From positions 76,168 to 140,167 of the forward strand of contig JAUQWV010000006.1 of the NCBI GenBank assembly GCA_030834985.1: a DNA stretch of 64,000 bases. The letters are read 5' to 3'. The first letter of the stretch is position 1, and each line of letters begins with the position of its first letter. Source of the stretch: Candidatus Dojkabacteria bacterium (lineage in GTDB: Bacteria > Patescibacteriota > Dojkabacteria > J137). Shown here piece by piece: positions 50,444 through 59,323 of the stretch. The notes beneath the pieces are model-generated. The model was given only the letters and a program-made list of their open reading frames with translations, had not been told where the DNA came from and ran no database searches. A program made the position numbers and the translations under genes.

Positions 50444-51278
50444 TGTTGTAATTATTTTGCTTATAGCACTACTTCCGCTCGCTATTGATAAAGTAGTACT
50501 ACTATTTAATAGCGACCAGATAACGTTTCTAAATATTGGACAAGGAGATTCAATTCTTATTTGTAACCAATTCAAAAAGTGCGGTCTTATAGATACAGGC
50601 AAGCAAAATTCTGTGATTAACAAGATCAAAAAATACACCAGTCCTCCATTAGAGTTTCTTATATTAACTCATCCTGATTTAGACCATACAGGTAAAACTT
50701 TAGAGATACTTAAAGAGATAGGTGTTAGAAGAATATTCGTTAATGAAAGCTCGAAAGCGCGAGAAATTATTAAATCTATCCAACAGGTGCAAGTCCGCGC
50801 TTTCGAGCTCAAATCACATAACGATTTCATATTTGGAAACTATAAATTCGACATATTCTGGCCTCTTCCAGACACCGAGCTAGATTCTCTAGACAGCAAC
50901 GAAACATCTATTAGTATAGTTTTACACAACCAAAATCACCGCTTCTATTTAGCCGGCGATTTGGGTACAAAATTAGAAGATGAAAACCAAAAACAATATG
51001 GCTTAAATTCAATAACAGTAGCTAAATTAAGCCATCATGGTAGCAAGAACTCCTCCAGTTTATCCTTATTAAAAAGCCTTGCTCCAGATGTAGCTATCTT
51101 TTCAGTTGGAAAAAATTCCTATGGCCATCCTAATATACGGGTAATTGAAGATTTAAATATTCTAAAAATCCCATTTTTAAGAACAGATCTAGATGGAGAT
51201 ATACAAATCAAAATTAAAGAGCAAAAGCTCCAAATCGATACTGAAAAAAGCAAAAAATCATATATAATATTGAATTAA
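50418..51278 (+). CDS. ComEC-type MBL-fold nuclease domain (separate gene)
   Basis: FLNIGQGDSI, LIDTG, LTHPDLDH, N..SI, AGD, SHHGS, NSYGHP and RTD.DG. Confidence 0.88.
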   Translation: MDIRILLNNVVIILLIALLPLAIDKVVLLFNSDQITFLNIGQGDSILICNQFKKCGLIDTGKQNSVINKIKKYTSPPLEFLILTHPDLDHTGKTLEILKEIGVRRIFVNESSKAREIIKSIQQVQVRAFELKSHNDFIFGNYKFDIFWPLPDTELDSLDSNETSISIVLHNQNHRFYLAGDLGTKLEDENQKQYGLNSITVAKLSHHGSKNSSSLSLLKSLAPDVAIFSVGKNSYGHPNIRVIEDLNILKIPFLRTDLDGDIQIKIKEQKLQIDTEKSKKSYIILN

Positions 51279-51298
51279 AGCGCTGCACAGTTTATAAT
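51270..51298 (+). promoter_or_regulatory. Putative sigma70 promoter of rpmG
   Basis: TTGAAT-17 nt-TATAAT. Confidence 0.6.
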
Positions 51299-51327
51299 TA
51301 GCGAGCTTAAATAATTAGTGATTATGT

Positions 51328-51510
51328 ATGGCAGGAGCAAAGAAGAAAAAGCCAAATGTTTTTAGGTTTTATAATAGTGAGACAGGCGAACACTATACTA
51401 TTCGATTAAGTAAAGAAGCCTACGATAAGCTAGCTGATAAACCAATTAAAAAGTTTAGTAAAAAGCTAAAAAAACACGTAGAATTCAAATTAATAAAGAA
51501 AGTTAAGTAA
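51328..51510 (+). CDS. rpmG: 50S ribosomal protein bL33 (no Cys)
   Basis: SETGEHYT and KKFSKKLKKHVEF; located before trnW-secE-nusG. Confidence 0.85.
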   Translation: MAGAKKKKPNVFRFYNSETGEHYTIRLSKEAYDKLADKPIKKFSKKLKKHVEFKLIKKVK

Positions 51511-51520
51511 TTAGTGCTGT

Positions 51521-51549
51521 TTGAAAACTGAGAGACGTTAGAGTAAAAT
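51521..51549 (+). promoter_or_regulatory. Putative sigma70 promoter of tRNA-Trp/secE/nusG
   Basis: TTGAAA-17 nt-TAAAAT. Confidence 0.55.
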
Positions 51550-51567
51550 CCGATATGCCGGGTGGAT

Positions 51568-51639
51568 GCGAGCGTTGGTTAATTGGTAAACCACCGGTCT
51601 CCAAAACCGGGACTCTCAGTTCGAGTCTGAGCGCTCGTG
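51568..51639 (+). tRNA. tRNA-Trp(CCA)
   Basis: GCGAGCG-TT-GGTT AATTGGTA AACC-A-CCGGT CT CCA AA ACCGG-GACT-CTCAG TTCGAGT CTGAG-CGCTCGT-G. Confidence 0.93.
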
Positions 51640-51660
51640 CTTAATCAAAAAAGAAATCAA

Positions 51661-51870
51661 ATGTTAAAAAAAGTATTAAATTTACCAAAAAAGTTAGCTA
51701 ATTTTATAAGAGGCGTCTTTGCTGAGCTTAAATTTGTCCAATGGATAAAAGGCTCTGATGTATTAAAATACACTGTATTTTTAATGCTTTTTTTAATATT
51801 CGGATCACTAGCAATAATGCTAATAGATAGAGTATTTTTATTAATAAGAGAATTAATACTACCAGTATAA
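51661..51870 (+). CDS. secE: Preprotein translocase subunit SecE
   Basis: FIRGVFAELKFVQW plus one TM helix. The ATG at 51661 is used because the ORF-track start overlaps the tRNA. Confidence 0.9.
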   Translation: MLKKVLNLPKKLANFIRGVFAELKFVQWIKGSDVLKYTVFLMLFLIFGSLAIMLIDRVFLLIRELILPV

Positions 51871-52454
51871 TGGAAGAGGAAAACACACAAACACAAGTTG
51901 TAGAAAATAACGACAAGCTTAAATGGTACATCGTTGCAAGTTCATCTGGAAAAGAAAATAAAACGGCTGAGCTTATCAAACAAAGAATTAAAGCTAATAA
52001 CTACGAAGAGAAGATTACAGATGTAGTTGTTCCTACTCAAGAGAAAATTGTAATTAAAAGAGGTAAAAAACAAACAGTAGAAGAAAGAATTTTTCCCGGC
52101 TACATTTTAGTAAAAATGCTTCCTGGTGATGAAACATTCTACTTAATCAGAAATACAGAGGGAGTAACTGGATTCGTTGGTACTACCGCTAAATCTAAAG
52201 TCCCTACTCCACTAAACCCTAAGGAAGTGGAAGGAATCTTAGCATTTACCCAAGTAAAACAATCGCCAGTATTTGATGCAAAATATCAAATAGGAGAAGC
52301 TGTAAAGGTAGTTGAAGGACCTTTCAAAGATATTGTTGGAACAGTTAGGGAAATTAATGAAGCTAAAGGTCAGGTTACAGTCTTACTTTCAATGTTCGGG
52401 CAAGATGTGCCTGTTCAGTTAGACTTTTTACAAGTATCTAAAATATCAAATTAA
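51870..52454 (+). CDS. nusG: Transcription factor NusG
   Basis: KWYIV, IFPGYILV, TEGVTGFVG and a KOW motif (GPFKD). Confidence 0.97.
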   Translation: MEEENTQTQVVENNDKLKWYIVASSSGKENKTAELIKQRIKANNYEEKITDVVVPTQEKIVIKRGKKQTVEERIFPGYILVKMLPGDETFYLIRNTEGVTGFVGTTAKSKVPTPLNPKEVEGILAFTQVKQSPVFDAKYQIGEAVKVVEGPFKDIVGTVREINEAKGQVTVLLSMFGQDVPVQLDFLQVSKISN

Positions 52455-52464
52455 CTAAAAGAAT

Positions 52465-52890
52465 ATGGCTAAAGAAATCGTAAGTGTACTAAAACTTGAA
52501 TTGCCAGCAGGAAAAGCTAATCCCGCTCCTCCAATTGGACCTATTATTGGTCAAGCAGGTATCCCAATTCAACCATTCTTAACAGAATTCAATGCAAAAA
52601 CTGCAGCTATGGGCAACGATATTATTCCCATTATTGTGCAGATTTTTAAAGACAGAAGTTACAAAATAATTTATAAACAACCTACTATTTCCGGTATGCT
52701 TAAGAGCAAATTAAAGCTAGAAAAAGGCTCTGCAACTCCAAATAAATCTAAAGTTGCTAAGATAAAAAGAGCTGACCTAGCTGAGATTGCAGAAAGAAAA
52801 CTACCTGATTTAAACACCAAGAAAAAAAGTTCTGCAGTTAAAATTGTAGAAGGTGTTGCCAGAAGCTTAGGAATAGATGTAATAGATTAA
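52465..52890 (+). CDS. rplK: 50S ribosomal protein uL11
   Basis: AGKANPAPPIGP, FNAKT and ARSLGI. Confidence 0.97.
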   Translation: MAKEIVSVLKLELPAGKANPAPPIGPIIGQAGIPIQPFLTEFNAKTAAMGNDIIPIIVQIFKDRSYKIIYKQPTISGMLKSKLKLEKGSATPNKSKVAKIKRADLAEIAERKLPDLNTKKKSSAVKIVEGVARSLGIDVID

Positions 52891-52911
52891 TTTAAGAAAG
52901 GTAAGACTACT

Positions 52912-53586
52912 ATGAAGAAAAAAATTGAAATTGACACAAGCAGAACCTACACATTAGAAGAGGCAGTAAAATTACTGCCAGAGCTTTCTTTAAGCAAGTT
53001 TGTTGGTTCAGTTGATGTTGATATAGTTCTAAATCTAAAAGAGAAACAAAAAAAGGAAAGCATCAGAGGAAGCGTGACTCTACCCTTTAGTATGGGTGAT
53101 GAAAAAAAAGTTGTTGTGATTTGTGAAGAAAAAGATGAAAAAGCTGCACTAGCAGCCGGTGCTAATAAAGCAGGTTTAAGTGTGGTTGACGATATTGCAA
53201 ACGGAAAAATCGACTTTAATGTTGTAATTGCAACACCAAGTGTTATGGGACAATTAGTAAAGATTGGTAAGATTTTAGGTCCAAAAGGCTTAATGCCAAA
53301 TCCAAAGAACGGAACAGTAACTACCGACGTAGATAAAGCTGTAAAAAGCTTTAAGGCTGGCCGATTAAACTTTAAGTCAGTACCTGATCAAGGAGCAATT
53401 AGACTAAAAGTAGCTAAATTAGATATGCCTGTTGAAAATATACAGGAGAATATCATTGCTTTATTAAAAGTAGTTTTTGCTGAAAGTAAAAAATTATCAT
53501 CTAATCCATTCAAAAAAGTTACAGTATCCCCTACTATGGGTGCTGGATTAAAGTTAGATGTTAATGATATAATCAAATACGTTTAA
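52912..53586 (+). CDS. rplA: 50S ribosomal protein uL1
   Basis: IRGSVTLP, LGPKGLMPNPK.GTVT and TMG. Confidence 0.96.
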   Translation: MKKKIEIDTSRTYTLEEAVKLLPELSLSKFVGSVDVDIVLNLKEKQKKESIRGSVTLPFSMGDEKKVVVICEEKDEKAALAAGANKAGLSVVDDIANGKIDFNVVIATPSVMGQLVKIGKILGPKGLMPNPKNGTVTTDVDKAVKSFKAGRLNFKSVPDQGAIRLKVAKLDMPVENIQENIIALLKVVFAESKKLSSNPFKKVTVSPTMGAGLKLDVNDIIKYV

Positions 53587-53596
53587 AATTGAATAA

Positions 53597-53716
53597 CGTT
53601 TAAGACAGCAGGTAGCAATTTTAATTGCGTAAATCCAGCCGAGACGCCAAGATAGACCAAAGTAAGATAATTTACTAAGTATTTATAGGCGCTCTCAAAA
53701 AGAGCGCTTTTGTTTT
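53597..53716 (+). promoter_or_regulatory. L10 leader (rplJL autoregulatory RNA) with an attenuator hairpin
   Basis: TAAGACAGCAGGT...TAAA..CCAGCCGAG resembles the L10-leader core. It is followed by AGGCGCTCT-CAAAA-AGAGCGCTTTT, a terminator-like stem. Confidence 0.75.
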
Positions 53717-53738
53717 ATTAAATATTAATTAACCAAAA

Positions 53739-54275
53739 ATGGCCAAAACAAAAAAAGAAAAGGTGGCCCTAAAAAATGAATATGTAAGCGAATTACAAAA
53801 GGCTAAAGCGCTAGTAATAGTAAAGCCTTCAAAGCTTACACCAAATGAGGCCAATGAGTTTAGAAAAGAACTTTATGATTTTGATGCAAAATTCAATATC
53901 GTAAAAAATACTATCTTTACTCTTGCATTAGCAGAAGCAAATTTACCAGCTATTAAAGAACTAGAAAAAGGTGAACATGCAGTTTTAGTTTTAAGTGAAG
54001 ATATTGTAAGTCCTAGCAAATCTTTGAAAAAGTTTATAGAAAATACTACTAGTAAGGATGGAGAAACAAAAGTTGAAATTGTTGCTGGAATAATGGATGG
54101 TGCTCTACTAACAAAAGAGCAAGTAAGTGAATTGGCCGATATGCCAAGCTTCGATGGAAGCATTTCAATGATATTAGGCATTCTTGATAATGCTATGTCT
54201 GGAATAGTTAATGTGCTTGAAGATCCTACAAGATCTTTTGCAACTATTTTAGACCAGGCGTTTAAACAAGACTAA
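53739..54275 (+). CDS. rplJ: 50S ribosomal protein uL10
   Basis: KKEKV, FRKEL, VKNTIF and LADMPS. Confidence 0.93.
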   Translation: MAKTKKEKVALKNEYVSELQKAKALVIVKPSKLTPNEANEFRKELYDFDAKFNIVKNTIFTLALAEANLPAIKELEKGEHAVLVLSEDIVSPSKSLKKFIENTTSKDGETKVEIVAGIMDGALLTKEQVSELADMPSFDGSISMILGILDNAMSGIVNVLEDPTRSFATILDQAFKQD

Positions 54276-54302
54276 TTAATTTTATATTTTATTTATCAGA
54301 CA

Positions 54303-54701
54303 ATGGCTGCAACCGACAAAGTACAAAAAATCGTTGATAGCATCAAAGAATTAACAGTTGTTGAAGCTTTTGAACTAAAGAAAGCTTTAGAAGAAACTTT
54401 TGATGTAAAAGCGAGTGCTCCAATGGCTATGGCAATGCCTATGGCTGGAGCTGCAGCACCTGCAGAGGCAGCAGAAGAAAAAACAGAATTTGATGTTATT
54501 CTTGCTGATGCTGGCGCAAATAAAATTGGTGTGATCAAAGTTGTGAAGAATATCACAGGCTTAGGCTTAAAAGAAGCTAAAGATCTTGTGGATTCTGTAG
54601 CATCAGGTCCAAAACCAATTAAAGAAGGTGCTAAGAAAGAAGAAGCAGAAGATATCAAAAAACAACTTGAAGCAGAAGGTGCTAAAGTTGAAGTTAAATA
54701 A
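54303..54701 (+). CDS. rplL: 50S ribosomal protein bL12
   Basis: [23 protein letters not shown] and GLGLKEAK. Confidence 0.97.
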   Translation: MAATDKVQKIVDSIKELTVVEAFELKKALEETFDVKASAPMAMAMPMAGAAAPAEAAEEKTEFDVILADAGANKIGVIKVVKNITGLGLKEAKDLVDSVASGPKPIKEGAKKEEAEDIKKQLEAEGAKVEVK

Positions 54702-54724
54702 CTTTGAAATATTTTTGTAAATAC

Positions 54725-54765
54725 AAGCAGGTTAGTTTATATTAAGGTAAACAACCTGCTTTTTT
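54725..54765 (+). terminator. Terminator after rplL
   Basis: AAGCAGGTT..AACCTGCTT stem followed by a T-run. Confidence 0.7.
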
Positions 54766-54776
54766 AATTAATATAT

Positions 54777-55511
54777 ATGGATATTATTTGGAATTTGCTA
54801 CTACAAAGAGGCATGAGCCCGGTAGAAATTGATCTATACAAGGAGGTATTTATTATCTTAATAATGCTTCCTGTTGTTACTACAATTGTAGGTATCGCAA
54901 GATATGTAATAGGAACTAGAACTCTTGGCATGTTTACACCTGTGATAATAACTTTCCTGCTCTATGAGTTTGGTAGAATTGGAACCGAACAAGATATTCT
55001 TCGAGCACTTAAATATGGAATTATTTTCTTTTTAATTGTTCTAATTGCAAGTTGGCTCAGCTACAAAATATTAAAACGTGTCCGAATGAACTATATCCCT
55101 AAGCTCACATTAGTGACCATCGGTGTAATAGTCGCGTTATTCTTGTCATTTATTGTTTCGGGCATATTAGGATTTACAGGGCCAGTATTTATAAACAAGT
55201 TTACTTTGGTTATTTTAGCTATATTAGTGGAGCCGTTTGCATCAGCCTTTGCCAGAAAGAGTTTTAGCTATGGCGTCTCCTCTGCTATTGATACATTCAT
55301 ACTTTCAGCGTTTTGTTACATAATCATATCACTAACTAAGGTACAGGAATTTGCAGAGGCTAACCTACTAGTAATTCCTGTACTAATAATTGTGAATATT
55401 TATTTAGGCAGATTTACAGGCTTACGCTTAAGTGAGTATTTAAGGTTCCGAAATATATTATTTTCAGACAACAAGGCGAGTGATAATGATACAAATAAGC
55501 AAAGTAATTGA
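54777..55511 (+). CDS. 7TM domain protein of the type associated with inactive transglutaminase/ATP-grasp operons
   Basis: About 7 TM helices with LP......ARYVIGTRTLGMFTP, YIPKL and LGRFTGLRLSEYLRFR, characteristic of the 7TM_transglut domain. Confidence 0.85.
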   Translation: MDIIWNLLLQRGMSPVEIDLYKEVFIILIMLPVVTTIVGIARYVIGTRTLGMFTPVIITFLLYEFGRIGTEQDILRALKYGIIFFLIVLIASWLSYKILKRVRMNYIPKLTLVTIGVIVALFLSFIVSGILGFTGPVFINKFTLVILAILVEPFASAFARKSFSYGVSSAIDTFILSAFCYIIISLTKVQEFAEANLLVIPVLIIVNIYLGRFTGLRLSEYLRFRNILFSDNKASDNDTNKQSN

Positions 55512-56934
55512 AAACAGAAAATTAGTACTAGGGCGTAATGAACGATATCTAAAATACATTAGACCGCATAACTTAAGCCGTGCTACAAAAATTGCAGATG
55601 ACAAAATTCTTACAAAAAGGATTTTGAATAAAGCTGATATACCCGTCCCCAAATTAGTTAAAGTGATAAAAGATAGAAGCCAATTAAATAGCTTTGACTT
55701 TGCTTCATTACCTAAAAGTTTTGTAATAAAACCTGTTAAAGGAGTTCGTGGAGGCGGAGTGACAATCATATATAATCGTGCAAAAGACGGTAAATGGATA
55801 GGATCAAGTAATAAAAGATTCTCGGAAGAAGATTTAAGATCCTTAATACAAGATATTTTAGATGGCCGGTACTCTCTTTTTAATGAACCAGATAGAGTTT
55901 TGATAGAAGAACGAGTACGTCCGCATAAATCTTTTAAATACTATTCGTACAAAGGCGCGCCCGATGTACGGATTATTGTGTTTAATTCTATTCCAATTAT
56001 GAGTTATATACGCTTGCCTACCAAAGAATCTAACGGGCGCGCCAACTTAGATCTAGGAGCAATAGGTGCAGGTATTGATATGGCAGTTGGAAAAACAACC
56101 GGAGCTATAATTGGAAAATCTACCCCTATAGAATATGTCCCAAATACCAATTTAGCCTTATCTGGATTAAAAATTCCATATTGGGACCGAATACTAAGAT
56201 ATGCAGTTGAAGCAAGTAAATTAACAAAACTAGGTTTTGCTGCTATCGATTTTCTAATTGATGAAGATAAAGGCCCACTAATTGTAGAGTTAAATGCCCG
56301 ACCAGGATTATCCATTCAGCTGGCAAATGAAGACGGTCTACGATGGAGATTAAAAAAAGCATCTGATATACGCGTAAAAACTACTGAGCGTGCTGTTAGA
56401 CTAGCTAAAGATCTATTCGGAGGCGAAATTGAAGAAGAAATTGAAAGTATTTCAGGTAAACAAGTTATTGGCTTACTTGAAGAAGTAAAAATATTTAATT
56501 TAGATGGTGAAAGTTTTGAACAGGTAACTGCCAAGATCGATACTGGAGCTTCGTTTACCTCGTTAGATACTGAGCTAGCTATAAAGTTGGGCATGCAGGA
56601 AGTTATTGAATTTGCAAAACCGATTCTAGAATCTATCCCTAAAAACTTTGAAACAGTAGATGAGCTTAAAAAATACTCTGCTGATAACCAACTAGAAGAA
56701 CGGTTAGAGCAACATCCTCTAATTGTTGATACTGCTATAATAAAATCTAGTAATGGCTTGGATTACAGAATTATAGTACCTATGAAGTTTCAGATTTCAG
56801 GTCTTGATGTCGAATCAAATGCTACTATTGCTAATAGAACTAACCTTAATTACAAACTAATTCTTGGAGAAAAAGATCTTAAGAAATTTCTAATAGATCC
56901 TAGTAAAAAATTAATATTAAAGCTTAAAAATTAA
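55480..56934 (+). CDS. ATP-grasp peptide ligase (sugar-transfer-associated/alpha-L-glutamate ligase-like) fused to a RimK-associated aspartyl protease
   Basis: LG.NER...YIR.HN, ADDKILTK, FVIKP..G.RGGG, DVRIIV, RLPT.ES.GRANL..GA.G.GID and VELNARPGL.IQ. C-terminal AKIDTGA..TSLD and NRT.LNYKLILG. The true start may be the ATG at 55486. Confidence 0.85.
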   Translation: MIMIQISKVIENRKLVLGRNERYLKYIRPHNLSRATKIADDKILTKRILNKADIPVPKLVKVIKDRSQLNSFDFASLPKSFVIKPVKGVRGGGVTIIYNRAKDGKWIGSSNKRFSEEDLRSLIQDILDGRYSLFNEPDRVLIEERVRPHKSFKYYSYKGAPDVRIIVFNSIPIMSYIRLPTKESNGRANLDLGAIGAGIDMAVGKTTGAIIGKSTPIEYVPNTNLALSGLKIPYWDRILRYAVEASKLTKLGFAAIDFLIDEDKGPLIVELNARPGLSIQLANEDGLRWRLKKASDIRVKTTERAVRLAKDLFGGEIEEEIESISGKQVIGLLEEVKIFNLDGESFEQVTAKIDTGASFTSLDTELAIKLGMQEVIEFAKPILESIPKNFETVDELKKYSADNQLEERLEQHPLIVDTAIIKSSNGLDYRIIVPMKFQISGLDVESNATIANRTNLNYKLILGEKDLKKFLIDPSKKLILKLKN

Positions 56935-56936
56935 TC

Positions 56937-58436
56937 ATGGATTTTATTATACAGCAGGCTGTTGGATCTGATATTAAAGTGTTACTTGAGCTAAAAGATC
57001 AGGTTAGACTGCACACATACAAAGAATTTATCCCAGATCTTAAGTGGGAAGATATTAAGTACAACGAAACTTATGATGCAAGGGCGCAAAAGATAATAAG
57101 CCAATTTCAGGAAAAAAAAGTTTTCATCTTTTGCGCCAAAGATAATTCTCAAAATATTCTAGGCTATATAAAAATTATCCACAGAGGTTCCATAGTAGAA
57201 ATACAGGATTTATTTATTATCCCTACTGCTCAAGGAATGGGAATTGGATCACAACTTATGATTAAAGCTTGGGACTTATTTAAAGACCAGGATTCTGTAT
57301 GGCAGCTTAAAGTTAATGTACTCGAAAATAATACAAAGGCAATTGAATTCTATAAAAAACACGGCTTTGCTCCAGATATGGGCAGAATTTTCTACTATAA
57401 AATTGGAGATAATAAAAAAGCTAATACAATTAAAATGTATAAATTAAACGAGAAAACTACATCTCAGTTTTTACAATCGGCAAGGCTTATTTTAAATAAT
57501 TTTGTCGAGAACAATATTCCTATAATTGAAGTTGACCCATTATCAAATAGTTATATTGTATCTGTAAATGGCAACTATATTTACTCTCGAGGTATACTAA
57601 CACCACTCAATACTCTATCGGCATCTCATTTAGCAAATGATAAATTAACTAGCAAAAAAATCTTACAGTTTTTTAGAATTCCTACCCCTGATTATTTATG
57701 TTTTAGAAAGAAAGAAAATACAGATATAAAAGAAATTAGACTAAAGCTTGAAGAATTTTTACAAAAACATAGCAGGATTATCGCTAAACCACAAAACGGG
57801 CTTAAAAGCAAAGATGTATTTTTGAATATTCAAAATGTTAATCAGGCGCTGGAAGCTTATAATCATATTATTAATAAAGAATATAAAGGCGTTTTATTTG
57901 AAAGCTTTGCTGAAGGTGATGTTCATAGACTGCTCTTAGTTGACGGGACCCTTATAGCTGCACTAAGACGTGAAAAAGGCTACATTATTGCCGATGGTAT
58001 TAGCACACTTAATCAATTAATAACTCAAAAAAATCAGTATTTAGATCATGGAGGTAGAAATGTAGGCAGAATTAGAATTGATGAGAAATTGAATGCTGTA
58101 CTTAAAGATCAAGGATTTGATTCGTTAGAAGATGTACCTGCAAAAGATACTAAAGTATTTACAGAAATAGATTTTAGCAACCTTGAAACTGTTACAGAAG
58201 TTACTGACATTGTAAGCCCAGCATTAACACAAAAGCTATCTGGCTTAGCAAATAAGATCGGCCTTGGGCTAACAGGAATCGACGTTATCTCCACAGATAT
58301 TTCTGATGAGGGTAAATGCAGTATTATTGAAATCAATAAAGAGCCAAGCATCGATTTTCATCATTATCCCGATTACGGAGAAGCTAAAGATGTTGCAGGA
58401 GAGATTGTCAGGGCAATAATCAGGAAATACTCTTAA
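56937..58436 (+). CDS. GNAT acetyltransferase fused to a cyanophycin-synthetase/GshF-like ATP-grasp ligase
   Basis: GNAT: LFI.PTAQGMGIGSQL and NTKAIEFYKKHGF. ATP-grasp: ANDKLTSK, AKP, HRLLLVDG, ADG.STL.QLI, GIDVI and IIEIN..P...HHYP..G..KDVA. Confidence 0.82.
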   Translation: MDFIIQQAVGSDIKVLLELKDQVRLHTYKEFIPDLKWEDIKYNETYDARAQKIISQFQEKKVFIFCAKDNSQNILGYIKIIHRGSIVEIQDLFIIPTAQGMGIGSQLMIKAWDLFKDQDSVWQLKVNVLENNTKAIEFYKKHGFAPDMGRIFYYKIGDNKKANTIKMYKLNEKTTSQFLQSARLILNNFVENNIPIIEVDPLSNSYIVSVNGNYIYSRGILTPLNTLSASHLANDKLTSKKILQFFRIPTPDYLCFRKKENTDIKEIRLKLEEFLQKHSRIIAKPQNGLKSKDVFLNIQNVNQALEAYNHIINKEYKGVLFESFAEGDVHRLLLVDGTLIAALRREKGYIIADGISTLNQLITQKNQYLDHGGRNVGRIRIDEKLNAVLKDQGFDSLEDVPAKDTKVFTEIDFSNLETVTEVTDIVSPALTQKLSGLANKIGLGLTGIDVISTDISDEGKCSIIEINKEPSIDFHHYPDYGEAKDVAGEIVRAIIRKYS

Positions 58437-59298
58437 AATATTCATCCAAATACTTTAAGACAGTAAAATCATGTCTAAATGCTGGGGCAGGATTTACTTC
58501 AAACAGATATATTTTTGAATTTTTATTAGAAACTACAACATCTACACCTGCTACTTGTAAATTTTTTACCTTTGCAGCTTTTACTGCAATTTCTGATATT
58601 TCAGGAAAGTCCTCTGGTTTTAAATACTCTACTTCTGCTCCTAAAGATACATTGTTTCTAAACTCAGCAGAATCTTTATTTCTAACTCTTTTTTTCACTA
58701 CTGCTACTTTTTCGCCGAAAACTACAAATCGATAATCAAAATCATTAGGAATCAATTCTTGAATAAAATAGTATTCATCTTTTAGCTCTTCTTTAATCTT
58801 TACATAGTCATCAAATGAATTAAGCAGATAGACACCTTTCCCTTCATTGCCTCTAGTAGCTTTTAACACTGCAGGGTAACCGCCAAGCTTTTGTATATGG
58901 GATTCTAAATTCTCATCAAGAAGTCTTTTATGAATAATAAATGTTGCAGGTAAATTCAGGCCATTCGTAATTAATAAGTAGTGTTGGTGTATTTTTGAAC
59001 CGTAATTTGAAAGTCCTACTGCACTGTCAGCAAATTTTTTTGAATGTTTGATTAAGTGTTTAGCTAAAGTGGAAGCTATATCAGGGCGTTTTTCCCACGT
59101 TCTGAAATAGATGAAATCGTAATCTAAAATATTTACACCATCAATTGTTACAGTAATAGGATCTCTAAAATCAAAGATTACATCATCCAGATAACCTATT
59201 ATATAAGTATTTCCTGTTTCCTGCCCGTACTTATTAAAGTAATCTATAAAGTCAGTATCGTAAGGCTGTCTTCCTGCTTTCAGTACAAGTATTTTCAT
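58420..59298 (-). CDS. RimK/LysX-family ATP-grasp ligase
   Basis: DFIYFR, SKIHQ, LP.T, YPAVLKA..GNEGKGV, QELIP, DYRFVVFG, EFRNNVSLG, AGVDV and FEVNPAP. Confidence 0.88.
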   Translation of the reverse strand: MKILVLKAGRQPYDTDFIDYFNKYGQETGNTYIIGYLDDVIFDFRDPITVTIDGVNILDYDFIYFRTWEKRPDIASTLAKHLIKHSKKFADSAVGLSNYGSKIHQHYLLITNGLNLPATFIIHKRLLDENLESHIQKLGGYPAVLKATRGNEGKGVYLLNSFDDYVKIKEELKDEYYFIQELIPNDFDYRFVVFGEKVAVVKKRVRNKDSAEFRNNVSLGAEVEYLKPEDFPEISEIAVKAAKVKNLQVAGVDVVVSNKNSKIYLFEVNPAPAFRHDFTVLKYLDEYFKSIS

Positions 59299-59323
59299 AG
59301 TATCATTGTAATTATTAGTATCT

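Noticed and set aside
56937-58436. Cyanophycin synthetase call
   Set aside because: It lacks the C-terminal Mur-ligase domain and no cyanophycinase is adjacent. Only the ATP-grasp part is similar.
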